From a virus: a stretch of 64,000 bases of DNA. Of this stretch, positions 1 through 8,478 are shown one piece after another. Where the stretch lies: the IMG/VR virus record IMGVR_UViG_3300022751_000017, positions 1 through 64,000 of that record; one strand, given 5' to 3'. Below the pieces are notes generated by a model. That model did no database searches. It saw only the letters and a program-made list of their open reading frames with translations, and had not been told where the DNA came from. Every line of letters starts with the position of its first letter. The first letter of the stretch is position 1. A program made the translations under genes and the position numbers.

Positions 1-56
1 GGTGGGGTGCTTCGCTTTGTGGGGGTTGTTTCTTTGGGGGGTCAGGGTTCGGGGTG

Positions 57-530
57 CTATAGGGCAGCGGTGGCGATGGCACCGGGAAAGGGGAGAATAA
101 ATTTATCAGTTAACAATGCTATGTACATATTAGCAACGGCAGATGCGGCAGTCTCTCCATACCAGCTGCGCCAAGATTTACTTACCTTGCTGCCATCAGC
201 CAGTTCTCCCATTTCGGCACAATCAATTTCAACCTTATATTGTTGAAACCCAGTAATGTTCAGTGTCTTGAAAACCAAGGGTTGAGAAACTCCCTCCGAC
301 ACCTTAAACCTTCGACAATCTGGCATGTATTCCAAAATTTCAGCGGCAGTCCACGCCGGATACACCTCCACTGCATCGTCATGTACATCCCACATGCCGG
401 GTGGTAATACTTCCCATCCGCATTTACGGCCCTGGTTAATGTGGTGAAAATAACTTGGCGCAGTGATACCCAACTCCTGTAGGCGTATTGACTGCTCTCT
501 AGTGCATACTAATTGTTCCGGTGTTTGCAT
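57..530 (-). CDS. hypothetical phage protein (3' end lies in compositionally odd G-rich sequence)
   Basis: 157-aa ORF in the tightly packed leftward early cluster. Confidence 0.6.
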   Translation of the reverse strand: MQTPEQLVCTREQSIRLQELGITAPSYFHHINQGRKCGWEVLPPGMWDVHDDAVEVYPAWTAAEILEYMPDCRRFKVSEGVSQPLVFKTLNITGFQQYKVEIDCAEMGELADGSKVSKSWRSWYGETAASAVANMYIALLTDKFILPFPGAIATAAL

Positions 531-976
531 AGTGCTGATTTTGTCGTGTCAAGTAAGAATTGCTTACCCTCATTTTTGAAAAGAAAGTTCTCCGATACGG
601 TGGCTCCATTCTGCATTACTGAGTATGGAAGGAATACTGTAGCCATATCCGCCTGGTCAGCCTCTACAATAGCCATCTGCGCAGATATCCAGTCCTTAAT
701 GATACGCCAGCACACGCGCATAGCATGCTCTTCTGTATGATACTTCTTGGCGTTAGTTTGCTTTATGAGCGCTTTCTGTACTCCTTTGAAGTTTGCCGGC
801 AAACGAAACAATATGCTCATGTCATTGGAGAGTATTGTAAATGATATTCCCACCAATCTCTGCTTAACATCATAGTCCAGCATGATCTGTCTGGCACCCT
901 TAGATGACAGAAGCTTCTGTATGTCAGCACAAGTGGCATGCTCACTGATCGTAGTTGTGTAATTAAGAATTGCCAT
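509..976 (-). CDS. conserved phage hypothetical protein
   Basis: 155 aa; AMRVCWRIIKDWISAQMAIVE...FLPY motif resembles a widespread uncharacterised phage family. Confidence 0.75.
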   Translation of the reverse strand: MAILNYTTTISEHATCADIQKLLSSKGARQIMLDYDVKQRLVGISFTILSNDMSILFRLPANFKGVQKALIKQTNAKKYHTEEHAMRVCWRIIKDWISAQMAIVEADQADMATVFLPYSVMQNGATVSENFLFKNEGKQFLLDTTKSALCKHRNN

Positions 977-1415
977 TGGTCTTGTTTCTTTTTATGTATG
1001 CTTCATACTCTTCTTTTGTGGCGGGAACGAATATGTTTATTCGGCTCTTATGCCCTATATCTTTATTCGCATCACTGATAAAACAGTCCTCATTTTCTAC
1101 CCATTTATGTACCTTGATAACTATCCTACCTGCGACATTATCTTTTACATATTCAGGCATATCTTCTGGTTTAATAAAATTCCACCACTTCTGGTCATTT
1201 ATGTTAGATAATGTCTTATCAGTATTGGAATATGCGATTCCTAGATTTACGGCCTTGCAGAGCGCACTGAAAATACACTCCTCTAAGTGCTGAAAATCAC
1301 CTATCGTAACATCTATTTTATCATGTATTCGATTAACGCCTTCAATTAATTCCTCCGGGATGTCTGCAGTTGGCTTATTGCTGGTTTCATGACCATATAC
1401 TATCTCTTCGCTCAT
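963..1415 (-). CDS. hypothetical protein (C-terminus shared with 4922..5356)
   Basis: 150 aa; EDMPEY...FVPATKEEYEAY. Confidence 0.7.
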   Translation of the reverse strand: MSEEIVYGHETSNKPTADIPEELIEGVNRIHDKIDVTIGDFQHLEECIFSALCKAVNLGIAYSNTDKTLSNINDQKWWNFIKPEDMPEYVKDNVAGRIVIKVHKWVENEDCFISDANKDIGHKSRINIFVPATKEEYEAYIKRNKTNGNS

Positions 1416-1456
1416 GTTTCGTAGTTGAATATTTTTGTTGAAAAGTTGTTTGATGT

Positions 1457-1780
1457 TTATTTCTCTGTTTGCATATTACTTTTGATCATTAAAAAACGAT
1501 CAAAAGTGCACTGCGGAGGATTGTGAAAGTATCTGAATTCCAAGTTGCCTATCTGCTTATCAAATCCCTTTAATTCTCCCCAGCCATGATTTATATTAAG
1601 CCCTGGCAGAGGGACATTAAATGTTAGTGCATGCCTTGGATTTAGGTGCCTATTCGCTATGGAATCCGGGCTTTTATCTCTTATTGCAGTTGTATCGTGC
1701 TTTAGAGATAGGTTTATGGGCATCTGCGTACTCACCCACTCTTTAAGTATCTCAAATTTTTGTTCTATAGTCATGGTCAA
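1457..1780 (-). CDS. hypothetical protein
   Basis: 107-aa ORF; start overlaps the upstream stop. Confidence 0.6.
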   Translation of the reverse strand: MTMTIEQKFEILKEWVSTQMPINLSLKHDTTAIRDKSPDSIANRHLNPRHALTFNVPLPGLNINHGWGELKGFDKQIGNLEFRYFHNPPQCTFDRFLMIKSNMQTEK

Positions 1781-2097
1781 AAAAGTTTAAGTTGAATTTT
1801 ATCGGCTATGCACCAAGCACACTCACCATTATTCAGTTTAACATCAGATAATGGATGTGCCATATCAATGTTGTCGCATAGATCAACTCCTGTGTTTTCA
1901 AGAGTATCAATGGCTATCCCTGAATCCAGGTATATTTTATTATCTGACAGACTGTGCACAGTGAAAGGACCATACATGTCTTCGTTGTAGTTTATACGCT
2001 TACCATCTACTGATGTTCGCATGTTGTCCTTCTCGTAGTGGTCTGCCGGTAATATGTAACCATTACCTTCTGGTATACCACATGTTTTACAATTCAT
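1777..2097 (-). CDS. hypothetical protein, possible Zn ribbon
   Basis: CKTC at the N-terminus and CAWC at the C-terminus. Confidence 0.65.
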   Translation of the reverse strand: MNCKTCGIPEGNGYILPADHYEKDNMRTSVDGKRINYNEDMYGPFTVHSLSDNKIYLDSGIAIDTLENTGVDLCDNIDMAHPLSDVKLNNGECAWCIADKIQLKLF

Positions 2098-2110
2098 GGG
2101 ATGTATGTTT

Positions 2111-2500
2111 TTAAATGTTGACTGTAAGATGATTACCGGAACTTACAAATGTCCAGTTCTGCAGCTGGTGCAAATGAAGGATATGCTTTCGTATTGAGTT
2201 CCCAGCAGTGACAGACTCTATCTCTCCGGATCTGAATAATACCCTGATAGCAGGATATCTGTAGCTGAGTAGGCTCTCCCCGTAAGCATCCGTGTCTTCG
2301 TATTCTTTTATGAAACCACATTTTTCCAGTATACTGGGAGTGATGCTTATAGGGTCTATGTGTGGTGCATCATAATACCGGCGCTCACTACCCTCAAGCT
2401 CCGCCAGGGCAACTGAGAACTTCTCTACTGATACTACAACCCTGTAAATTCCATTAGGGTCGCATACGTAGTTATCTATCATTAGTTCTTTAAGGTCCAT
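2111..2500 (-). CDS. YopX-like phage protein of Bacteroidota
   Basis: ELMIDNYV...PISITPSILEKCGF...HLHQLQNW pattern. Confidence 0.6.
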   Translation of the reverse strand: MDLKELMIDNYVCDPNGIYRVVVSVEKFSVALAELEGSERRYYDAPHIDPISITPSILEKCGFIKEYEDTDAYGESLLSYRYPAIRVLFRSGEIESVTAGNSIRKHILHLHQLQNWTFVSSGNHLTVNI

Positions 2501-2501
2501 G

Positions 2502-2918
2502 CTATTTTGTTTTGCCGGTTAACAATCTGCGCTGCTCCAGCATATCGAGTGCGAAATCATAACATTCAATGGCCATCATGTCATTGCTCTGGCTGCTTGC
2601 CCCGTATACGTGTGCCGCAATGCTCATCGCCACCTTATCCACGTACTCGATCTCTGCAGGTGTGTAGAGCGAGCCGACTTCGACCTGCTCGGTGTTTGAG
2701 GCTATAAATTCGGCAGCGGGGATGTGCCTTGAATGGGAGTCTATATCTTTGATATAGTACTGACCGGTTTGGCACAAGGCTATTGAAAGCCCATTTGTGA
2801 CGCCTATAATGCAACTGGGTGTCCCCTCACGTTCCAGTATCTCAACGCACTTATACCGTTCCTCGATGTTCTGGCATATTATATCGACCTGCTGATCTAT
2901 GGCTTGTTTGATGTGCAT
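2502..2918 (-). CDS. hypothetical protein
   Basis: 138 aa; C-terminal helical CYDFALDMLEQR segment common in phage early proteins. Confidence 0.65.
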   Translation of the reverse strand: MHIKQAIDQQVDIICQNIEERYKCVEILEREGTPSCIIGVTNGLSIALCQTGQYYIKDIDSHSRHIPAAEFIASNTEQVEVGSLYTPAEIEYVDKVAMSIAAHVYGASSQSNDMMAIECYDFALDMLEQRRLLTGKTK

Positions 2919-2919
2919 G

Positions 2920-3219
2920 TTATTTGGTTAATTGTGAAAAATCGAATTGCTTATCTGTTATTTGCCATTGATGGATATTATGCCCAAGATTTATGTTTTT
3001 AATAAACCCATGATGCTCTAAAGTCCTTAATACCTGCCTAAGTTTCGGCTGATCGTTTTTGTTTCTGAAAGTAGAATTAAGTCCAGCCAACATAAATGTA
3101 TATTCAGGTTTTCCGGTTTTCAGAACGTCCATGATTGCAATTATTGACGGCTTGTAATAATACGCATCGGATGGGCTAAGTAGCTTCATGTTTTTATTTA
3201 TTTTATTGTAAATCGCCAC
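2920..3219 (-). CDS. hypothetical protein, possible winged HTH
   Basis: LRQVLRTLEHHGFIK followed by a beta-hairpin-like segment. Confidence 0.5.
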   Translation of the reverse strand: MAIYNKINKNMKLLSPSDAYYYKPSIIAIMDVLKTGKPEYTFMLAGLNSTFRNKNDQPKLRQVLRTLEHHGFIKNINLGHNIHQWQITDKQFDFSQLTK

Positions 3220-3523
3220 ATGTTGGGCACTTAATCATTATTTCCCCAGGTATTCTATCCGGGTAGCATCTTGAATTTAATATCTGATCACCAGGCTTAA
3301 GGAATTTGCGGACCGCGTGGCAAGATGGCTTACCTACTATTTTCATTTCATTGAAAACGTACTCTACAAGCATGAGCTCTGCCGGTCTGTAATATGAAAG
3401 GTCAAGTTCGTAATCTCTTACCTTATCATATATAAATGTTTTGCCGGCGCTGTCCATTATGGTATCTCCATCTGTTATCTGCTTGTCTGCAGGGAGATAT
3501 ATGGCGTGATAGGTTTTACTCAT
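3203..3523 (-). CDS. hypothetical protein
   Basis: 106-aa ORF in operon; C-terminal CPTC. Confidence 0.6.
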   Translation of the reverse strand: MSKTYHAIYLPADKQITDGDTIMDSAGKTFIYDKVRDYELDLSYYRPAELMLVEYVFNEMKIVGKPSCHAVRKFLKPGDQILNSRCYPDRIPGEIMIKCPTCGDLQ

Positions 3524-3846
3524 GACTGTAGTTCAATTAATTTTTCCATCTTAAGCATTTCAGCACGAATAAATCCATATGATGATAATATGCAGCCAAT
3601 TCCATTTATACAAATTATAGACGCATGGTATTGATTATGTGGATATTTACACTCAAGTGAATCATAGTCTTCAATTTTCGTCCACTCTACGCTATTGAAT
3701 AATTTTTTAAATTCCTTATAAGACATCTCCCTGCACTGTTCGCAATTAGACATTGTCATGCCAACATGAGTTGATCTGTATATAGAGTTGTAAAATCCAA
3801 ATGTGCATATGCCTATAAGAAATGACATTAATCTATCAAAAAACAT
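3520..3846 (-). CDS. hypothetical protein
   Basis: 108-aa ORF with ATGA-type overlap. Confidence 0.6.
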   Translation of the reverse strand: MFFDRLMSFLIGICTFGFYNSIYRSTHVGMTMSNCEQCREMSYKEFKKLFNSVEWTKIEDYDSLECKYPHNQYHASIICINGIGCILSSYGFIRAEMLKMEKLIELQS

Positions 3847-3868
3847 GCTTTCAAATTTAATGATGAAC

Positions 3869-4423
3869 TTATACTGTCTTATGCTTTAATACTATTGTCC
3901 TGCTATCCCTTCTTACTGCAGATACTACTTCTCTGGAATGCTCTGCAATGAAAATACTCTTGGTGCCTGGTAACTTCAGCATGTTGGGCAGATCATCCGC
4001 TGGGTTACTGCGTGTCTTCTCAGGCTTTACCTCCTTTACGGGCTTAATTACCTTCGGCGCTAGTATATGTACCACCTTTTTCTTTTTGGGCACCGGCTCC
4101 ACATGTATGCCCTTGCGCAGGTAAGGAATCTCTATGCCATCAATGCGCCACTTTGATATTTGCCGGCGCAGGGCTCCATTCGTAACGCCTATATGCTGCG
4201 CAACCTTTTCGAATCCATCAGCACGAACATTGTCTATAACATACTGTAGGACTTCTTCCGTGTATGTCTTACATTCACGAGTATACCTCCTGGCACAGCT
4301 TCGGGAACAATAAATATTTTTTGACCTCTTGATTTTTGCAGCAGTACGGAATGAAGTGTTATCACATCCTTCACGAGCGCATACAATTTCAAAAAGAGGA
4401 GATGGTGCGTGTTGATTAGCCAT
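3869..4423 (-). CDS. Zn-finger plus HTH-like DNA-binding protein
   Basis: CAREGC...YCSRSC, then FEKVAQHIGVTNGALRRQI. Confidence 0.6.
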   Translation of the reverse strand: MANQHAPSPLFEIVCAREGCDNTSFRTAAKIKRSKNIYCSRSCARRYTRECKTYTEEVLQYVIDNVRADGFEKVAQHIGVTNGALRRQISKWRIDGIEIPYLRKGIHVEPVPKKKKVVHILAPKVIKPVKEVKPEKTRSNPADDLPNMLKLPGTKSIFIAEHSREVVSAVRRDSRTIVLKHKTV

Positions 4424-4925
4424 TGATATCAGTTGGTTTTATTGCTATTCCTGCTTCGTATATATCTATACCCATGTATGGTACCATATATCCCAGATCT
4501 CGGATTTTATCAACCATGCGATACGACTGCCAGATAGGTTCCGGATTTTCTTCATTCTCATCCTGCATTTCAAAATGTAGCATCATATTATCCAGAGTGC
4601 CAATGAGAAAATAACCTTCAAAACAAATGAGAGAGTATTTAATTTTTACACACTCTTGCATTCTTAATATACGCTCTACATGTAAGTCACAGATAATGTC
4701 TTCGTACTCGTCCTTTATCTGTGGATGCCAACATGCTATTTTCAGGAGTTCCACCGCATCATCATCACTGATTTCTGATATAGGTTTGATAATGAGCTTC
4801 GCATTTATTATAGCCTCATGATGGCTATACTCCAGCATAAAAGGACCATCTTCCCCGTACATTACCATACAAGGCGCGTACATTGCGAATACCTTATCCT
4901 TCTGCTCGTTTGTTAGTGTGTTCAT
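4416..4925 (-). CDS. hypothetical phage protein
   Basis: 169 aa; LIIKPISEISDDDA...RDLGYMVPY pattern. Confidence 0.65.
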   Translation of the reverse strand: MNTLTNEQKDKVFAMYAPCMVMYGEDGPFMLEYSHHEAIINAKLIIKPISEISDDDAVELLKIACWHPQIKDEYEDIICDLHVERILRMQECVKIKYSLICFEGYFLIGTLDNMMLHFEMQDENEENPEPIWQSYRMVDKIRDLGYMVPYMGIDIYEAGIAIKPTDING

Positions 4926-5356
4926 TTATTAGTTTTTAAGTATGCTTCGTAATCTTGTTTGGTTGCGGGGATGAAAGCCCATATACAGATACCACCGTAA
5001 GCGCTTACGAATCCGTTTTCTTTTGTAAATTCAGTGCTGTTCCAAAAAACATCAACGCCGCACTTAATCACAACATTTGAAAAGCGAGTATAATGATTTA
5101 TTGGCTTATCCCATGACCTAATATACTCCGGCATATCCTCAATCTTACGTTCTGCGTACCACGGAAGTGGCTGGAAGATGGCGGGTGATTTATCGACTTC
5201 TTCTACCATTTCTACAGTGTGTTTACTGGTCAGCACACCTACTTTGAAGTAGTAATTCAATGGTGACTTTTGAAGTATATCGCCAGTTTCAAATTTACTG
5301 TTAGGATAGTAGTTTGTTACCTTTACCCTCGGCATCATTAGTTCTTCAGGTGTCAT
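4922..5356 (-). CDS. hypothetical phage protein
   Basis: 144 aa; EDMPEY...FIPATKQDYEAY. Confidence 0.7.
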   Translation of the reverse strand: MTPEELMMPRVKVTNYYPNSKFETGDILQKSPLNYYFKVGVLTSKHTVEMVEEVDKSPAIFQPLPWYAERKIEDMPEYIRSWDKPINHYTRFSNVVIKCGVDVFWNSTEFTKENGFVSAYGGICIWAFIPATKQDYEAYLKTNK

Positions 5357-5670
5357 TGTTTACAGTGTTTAATAAGTTCGTCAACTAAGTTTTTGAGATG
5401 TGTAATTCTGTCTTTGGGTAGCTTTTTTCTTGAAATTTCAAGGTAATTAATGCCGAATTTACCGACTATATAATCTGAGTTACATTGACCGATAAACTCT
5501 TTAAATGTCTCAGGACCATAACTTCGCCATGCATACCCATACATGCCCCAATCTGAGTTTAGAAATAAATCACCTACCGAGTTGAAGCAGAATATGCCAT
5601 AGCTACTATCAGGATGATTAATGTATAATGTTTCTGCCGTGTGTTGAATTGTTTTTATTTCCGGTGTCAT
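5353..5670 (-). CDS. hypothetical phage protein
   Basis: start reassigned to MTPEIK (5670) to avoid overlapping the 5681..6016 gene; GDLFLNSDWGMYGYAW motif. Confidence 0.65.
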   Translation of the reverse strand: MTPEIKTIQHTAETLYINHPDSSYGIFCFNSVGDLFLNSDWGMYGYAWRSYGPETFKEFIGQCNSDYIVGKFGINYLEISRKKLPKDRITHLKNLVDELIKHCKQ

Positions 5671-5680
5671 TTCTTTGGTT

Positions 5681-6016
5681 TTATTCAATATGATTGGAAT
5701 TACATACAGGGCACGTAGGATCTTCATAATCTCCAGTGTCAGCAATCGCTCCGCCTCCATTGCAGTATTCGCTGCTTCCCCACCATCCGCAATTACCGCA
5801 CACGGCATCATACCATTTCTTTTCTTCCTTGGAAACTTTCTTATACCAATTACCGAACTGACCAATATTGTATATAAGCCTGTGAAGCGTTTCATGTATC
5901 TCAACATTCTCCCAGTCTACATTTGTTTCGTCTGTCTGGTCTTGCTTTTTTACAATCAGCAACGCCTTATTCAAGTTGCCGATGTCATCCTTTGTTGCAA
6001 ATATTTTATCGCTCAT
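5681..6016 (-). CDS. hypothetical protein with Zn ribbon
   Basis: CGNCGWWG...CPVC. Confidence 0.65.
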   Translation of the reverse strand: MSDKIFATKDDIGNLNKALLIVKKQDQTDETNVDWENVEIHETLHRLIYNIGQFGNWYKKVSKEEKKWYDAVCGNCGWWGSSEYCNGGGAIADTGDYEDPTCPVCNSNHIE

Positions 6017-6351
6017 TTCTTTCGTTTTTTATACTCACCGCTGTTAGTGGCGAAGCGTTTTTTAAGATGTATTTTAGGCAATGATATTCCAGATACTCCG
6101 GCAAGCATTGCGGCGGAAAGTGCCAGTTCTGTAACCACTCTGCTACGGCCTATATGTTGCTTAGGCTGCTGTTCTGAGACTACGAATACCGGTTGCTCTT
6201 TATTTTCCGTGAACAGGCCCTTAATTATGAGTTCTGTGTTTTCATCACACTCCGGCTGAATGCAAGCAGGAGATTGTGCGTGATTCACCCCCCATGCCGC
6301 TAAGATTAAGGGGCTTCCTATTAATCCAAAATGTGTGTTTTTTATACTCAT
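6013..6351 (-). CDS. hypothetical protein
   Basis: 112-aa ORF in operon. Confidence 0.55.
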   Translation of the reverse strand: MSIKNTHFGLIGSPLILAAWGVNHAQSPACIQPECDENTELIIKGLFTENKEQPVFVVSEQQPKQHIGRSRVVTELALSAAMLAGVSGISLPKIHLKKRFATNSGEYKKRKK

Positions 6352-6386
6352 TGTTTACTGTATTTTAGCCTTTGTGAGTAAATCTT

Positions 6387-6740
6387 CTATAGCCCGTATC
6401 GCTGTTTCGGAAGCGTATTGTAAGCCATCGCGAATTCTACGCAAAGCATCCATAAATCCTCAATATCTATGTCCATAGAAACGTTAAGCACTGCACCGTA
6501 GTCTAAGCGAAAATCATTATCATAACGAAGTGTTTTAATTACAGCTACACACTCCATAATCCAGCTCCAGTTACTACGGAATAGCATATCCTCAAACTTA
6601 AAGAACTTGCTGTTTGATTCATAGTCGCCGCTAATGCGATTGTCTATGAAGTTCCCGTTTTCGCTGTAGGGTATATTACTATCTGACACCAAAATGCTTA
6701 GGTGCTTATTCCCGAGTTTTATTAATGTTTGGTCTGCCAT
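6387..6740 (-). CDS. hypothetical phage protein
   Basis: FRSNWSWIMECVAVI motif; start MADQ after an A-rich leader. Confidence 0.65.
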   Translation of the reverse strand: MADQTLIKLGNKHLSILVSDSNIPYSENGNFIDNRISGDYESNSKFFKFEDMLFRSNWSWIMECVAVIKTLRYDNDFRLDYGAVLNVSMDIDIEDLWMLCVEFAMAYNTLPKQRYGL

Positions 6741-6744
6741 GTTT

Positions 6745-6951
6745 TTATTTATGAAACTCATCCAGGTATTCACTTACAGACATCCCTTTTAGAAAAGACT
6801 TGCTTGCCAATATGGAGTCAATCCTGAATTTCTTTTGCGTACCATTTATGCCATCATGCCTATGCTTAAGGTCTGATAGCCAGCTTCTGAACTCAGGGTC
6901 TGTCTGCCGGTAATAAACTGTTTCAAATAATTCAAGATTTGACATCTTCAA
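6745..6951 (-). CDS. small hypothetical protein
   Basis: 68-aa ORF filling an operon gap. Confidence 0.5.
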   Translation of the reverse strand: MKMSNLELFETVYYRQTDPEFRSWLSDLKHRHDGINGTQKKFRIDSILASKSFLKGMSVSEYLDEFHK

Positions 6952-7135
6952 TATTAAGTTTTATGTGCTTTGTGGCTTTCTCCATTTCATGTATCACCTG
7001 CATAGACTTAGTACGGTGCTCCTGCTCTGATAGCTTATCTATTTTTTTGGATAATTCAATAGAGCAGTTTACATAAAAACCACCTCTACCTTCTGGGCGT
7101 GGACTCTTCGATATTTTCTTTTCTTTGTTTTTCAT
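6932..7135 (-). CDS. Arc/ribbon-helix-helix-like regulator
   Basis: FYVNCSIELSKKIDKLSEQEHRTKSMQVIHEM; first gene after a TAcaTTTG box. Confidence 0.55.
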   Translation of the reverse strand: MKNKEKKISKSPRPEGRGGFYVNCSIELSKKIDKLSEQEHRTKSMQVIHEMEKATKHIKLNIEDVKS

Positions 7136-7150
7136 AGATTTATTATGACA

Positions 7151-7158
7151 CAAATGTA
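7151..7158 (-). promoter_or_regulatory. Bacteroidota -7 promoter box (TACATTTG)
   Basis: matches TAnnTTTG with TTTG elements about 20 nt upstream; 16 nt before ATG 7135. Confidence 0.65.
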
Positions 7159-7196
7159 CTAAATTAAACCAACAAAGCAAATTTATTTTTTGGAAT

Positions 7197-7232
7197 AAAA
7201 AAATGCGCATGTTGAGAGTCAACATGCGCATT
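7197..7232 (-). terminator. intrinsic terminator
   Basis: 14-bp stem AATGCGCATGTTGA/TCAACATGCGCATT followed by a U-tract on the minus strand. Confidence 0.75.
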
Positions 7233-7246
7233 ATAAAAACAAGTCT

Positions 7247-7784
7247 TCAGCTAACTACACACCAATCTTCAGCCAGCATATCTGTCTGTGATGCCAGCCA
7301 ACCATTCACAATAGATCCATCAGCGGCCCTCATGCATATGTAGGCATTGAATTTTATTGTGCTCAACCCCCTGCTCTCCTGGCATTTCCTTGCTGTCACG
7401 ATTCTGGTAGTATTCCTTCACAGATGCCGGCAGACTCTTTACCTTCTCAATAACCATTGATATACTCAGGTCATCTGCAGGACGCATAAATATGAACATG
7501 TTCTTGCCGTTCCATCCTTCTCAAGCAACCATTTTACCATTTTTAAGAGCTAGTATGGCAAAGTCGAAACCAAGGCGCCCTTCAGTTATCTCAAAGTCAT
7601 CCCGAGTGCTGTATTTATCTATCCATGGGCTGTTCAGGATATCACCCACCCTAGTGAACACCTTTATGTCATCTGCAGGGTCACTACTTACATTCCCATC
7701 GGGAATAAACCAGTATCCCATCCACTCAGGCAATTTAACCTTTTTGCCAGACGCCATTTCGATAATTGCTTCTTGTAAATTCAT
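7247..7784 (-). pseudogene. disrupted tandem DUF2829 (Tad2-like) protein
   Basis: FDFAILALKNGKMVA*EGWNGKNMFIF ... [14 protein letters not shown]; in-frame TGA at 7521-7523 and a +1 frameshift, probably in the G5 run at 7367-7371. Confidence 0.8.
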
Positions 7785-7832
7785 CTTGTGTTTATTGGTT
7801 CACCTATACACCATAAGGTTTTAGATTGTTAG

Positions 7833-8063
7833 TTAATCCCACTTGAATGGGTTTTTAGCTTTTACCTGATTGATAAATCCGAGCACCCCCATCATAATTA
7901 AACTGGCTAATAGCACTAGAACAATAAGAATATAAGACAATGGGTTATATGGATTCAGCCGCTTGGCAACAAAAAATCCCCGGCCAAGTTTATCCATCCG
8001 TTTGGTGTTATCAATTTCCTGGATAACACGTAGCTGCTTGAGTATTTTTACATTAAAATTCAT
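7833..8063 (-). CDS. small membrane protein
   Basis: RLNPYNPLSY plus one TM helix plus NPFKW. Confidence 0.65.
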   Translation of the reverse strand: MNFNVKILKQLRVIQEIDNTKRMDKLGRGFFVAKRLNPYNPLSYILIVLVLLASLIMMGVLGFINQVKAKNPFKWD

Positions 8064-8073
8064 ATTCTGTTTT

Positions 8074-8478
8074 TTAGTAGTGCTTATTTATCTTATCGTA
8101 TATCTTCTCTGTAAGGTAGCTTATTAAGTAAGCATAGGCCTCATCAGACACCAGCAACTTAAGTTTCATTCCTATGCGGTCCATCACAAAGGTGACGATG
8201 TGGAATATCTCATGCGCCAGGGTAGCAAAGTCACGAGCGCTACTTGGCAGATGCCGGAGCCTTATGAAAGAACCATTGGTGCTGAACATAACTGCACGAC
8301 CAATTGCAGTGGTGCTGGCATACCGGCAAAGCTCTATATCCGCAACAGAAAGGTCCAGCTTATCCAACACTGCACCCAGCTGCTCATCACTCTGCCCTAT
8401 GCTTACCATTACATCAAATGGATATACCTCTAAGGGTATTATGAAATTAAGAGATGGTGGTGTTTTCTTCTTGCTCAT
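8074..8478 (-). CDS. HExxH metallopeptidase-like phage protein
   Basis: LAHEIFHIV ... DEAYAYL. Confidence 0.65.
   Translation of the reverse strand: MSKKKTPPSLNFIIPLEVYPFDVMVSIGQSDEQLGAVLDKLDLSVADIELCRYASTTAIGRAVMFSTNGSFIRLRHLPSSARDFATLAHEIFHIVTFVMDRIGMKLKLLVSDEAYAYLISYLTEKIYDKINKHY

Noticed and set aside
5675-6259. 194-aa plus-strand ORF
   Set aside because: Antisense to two genes of a packed leftward operon.
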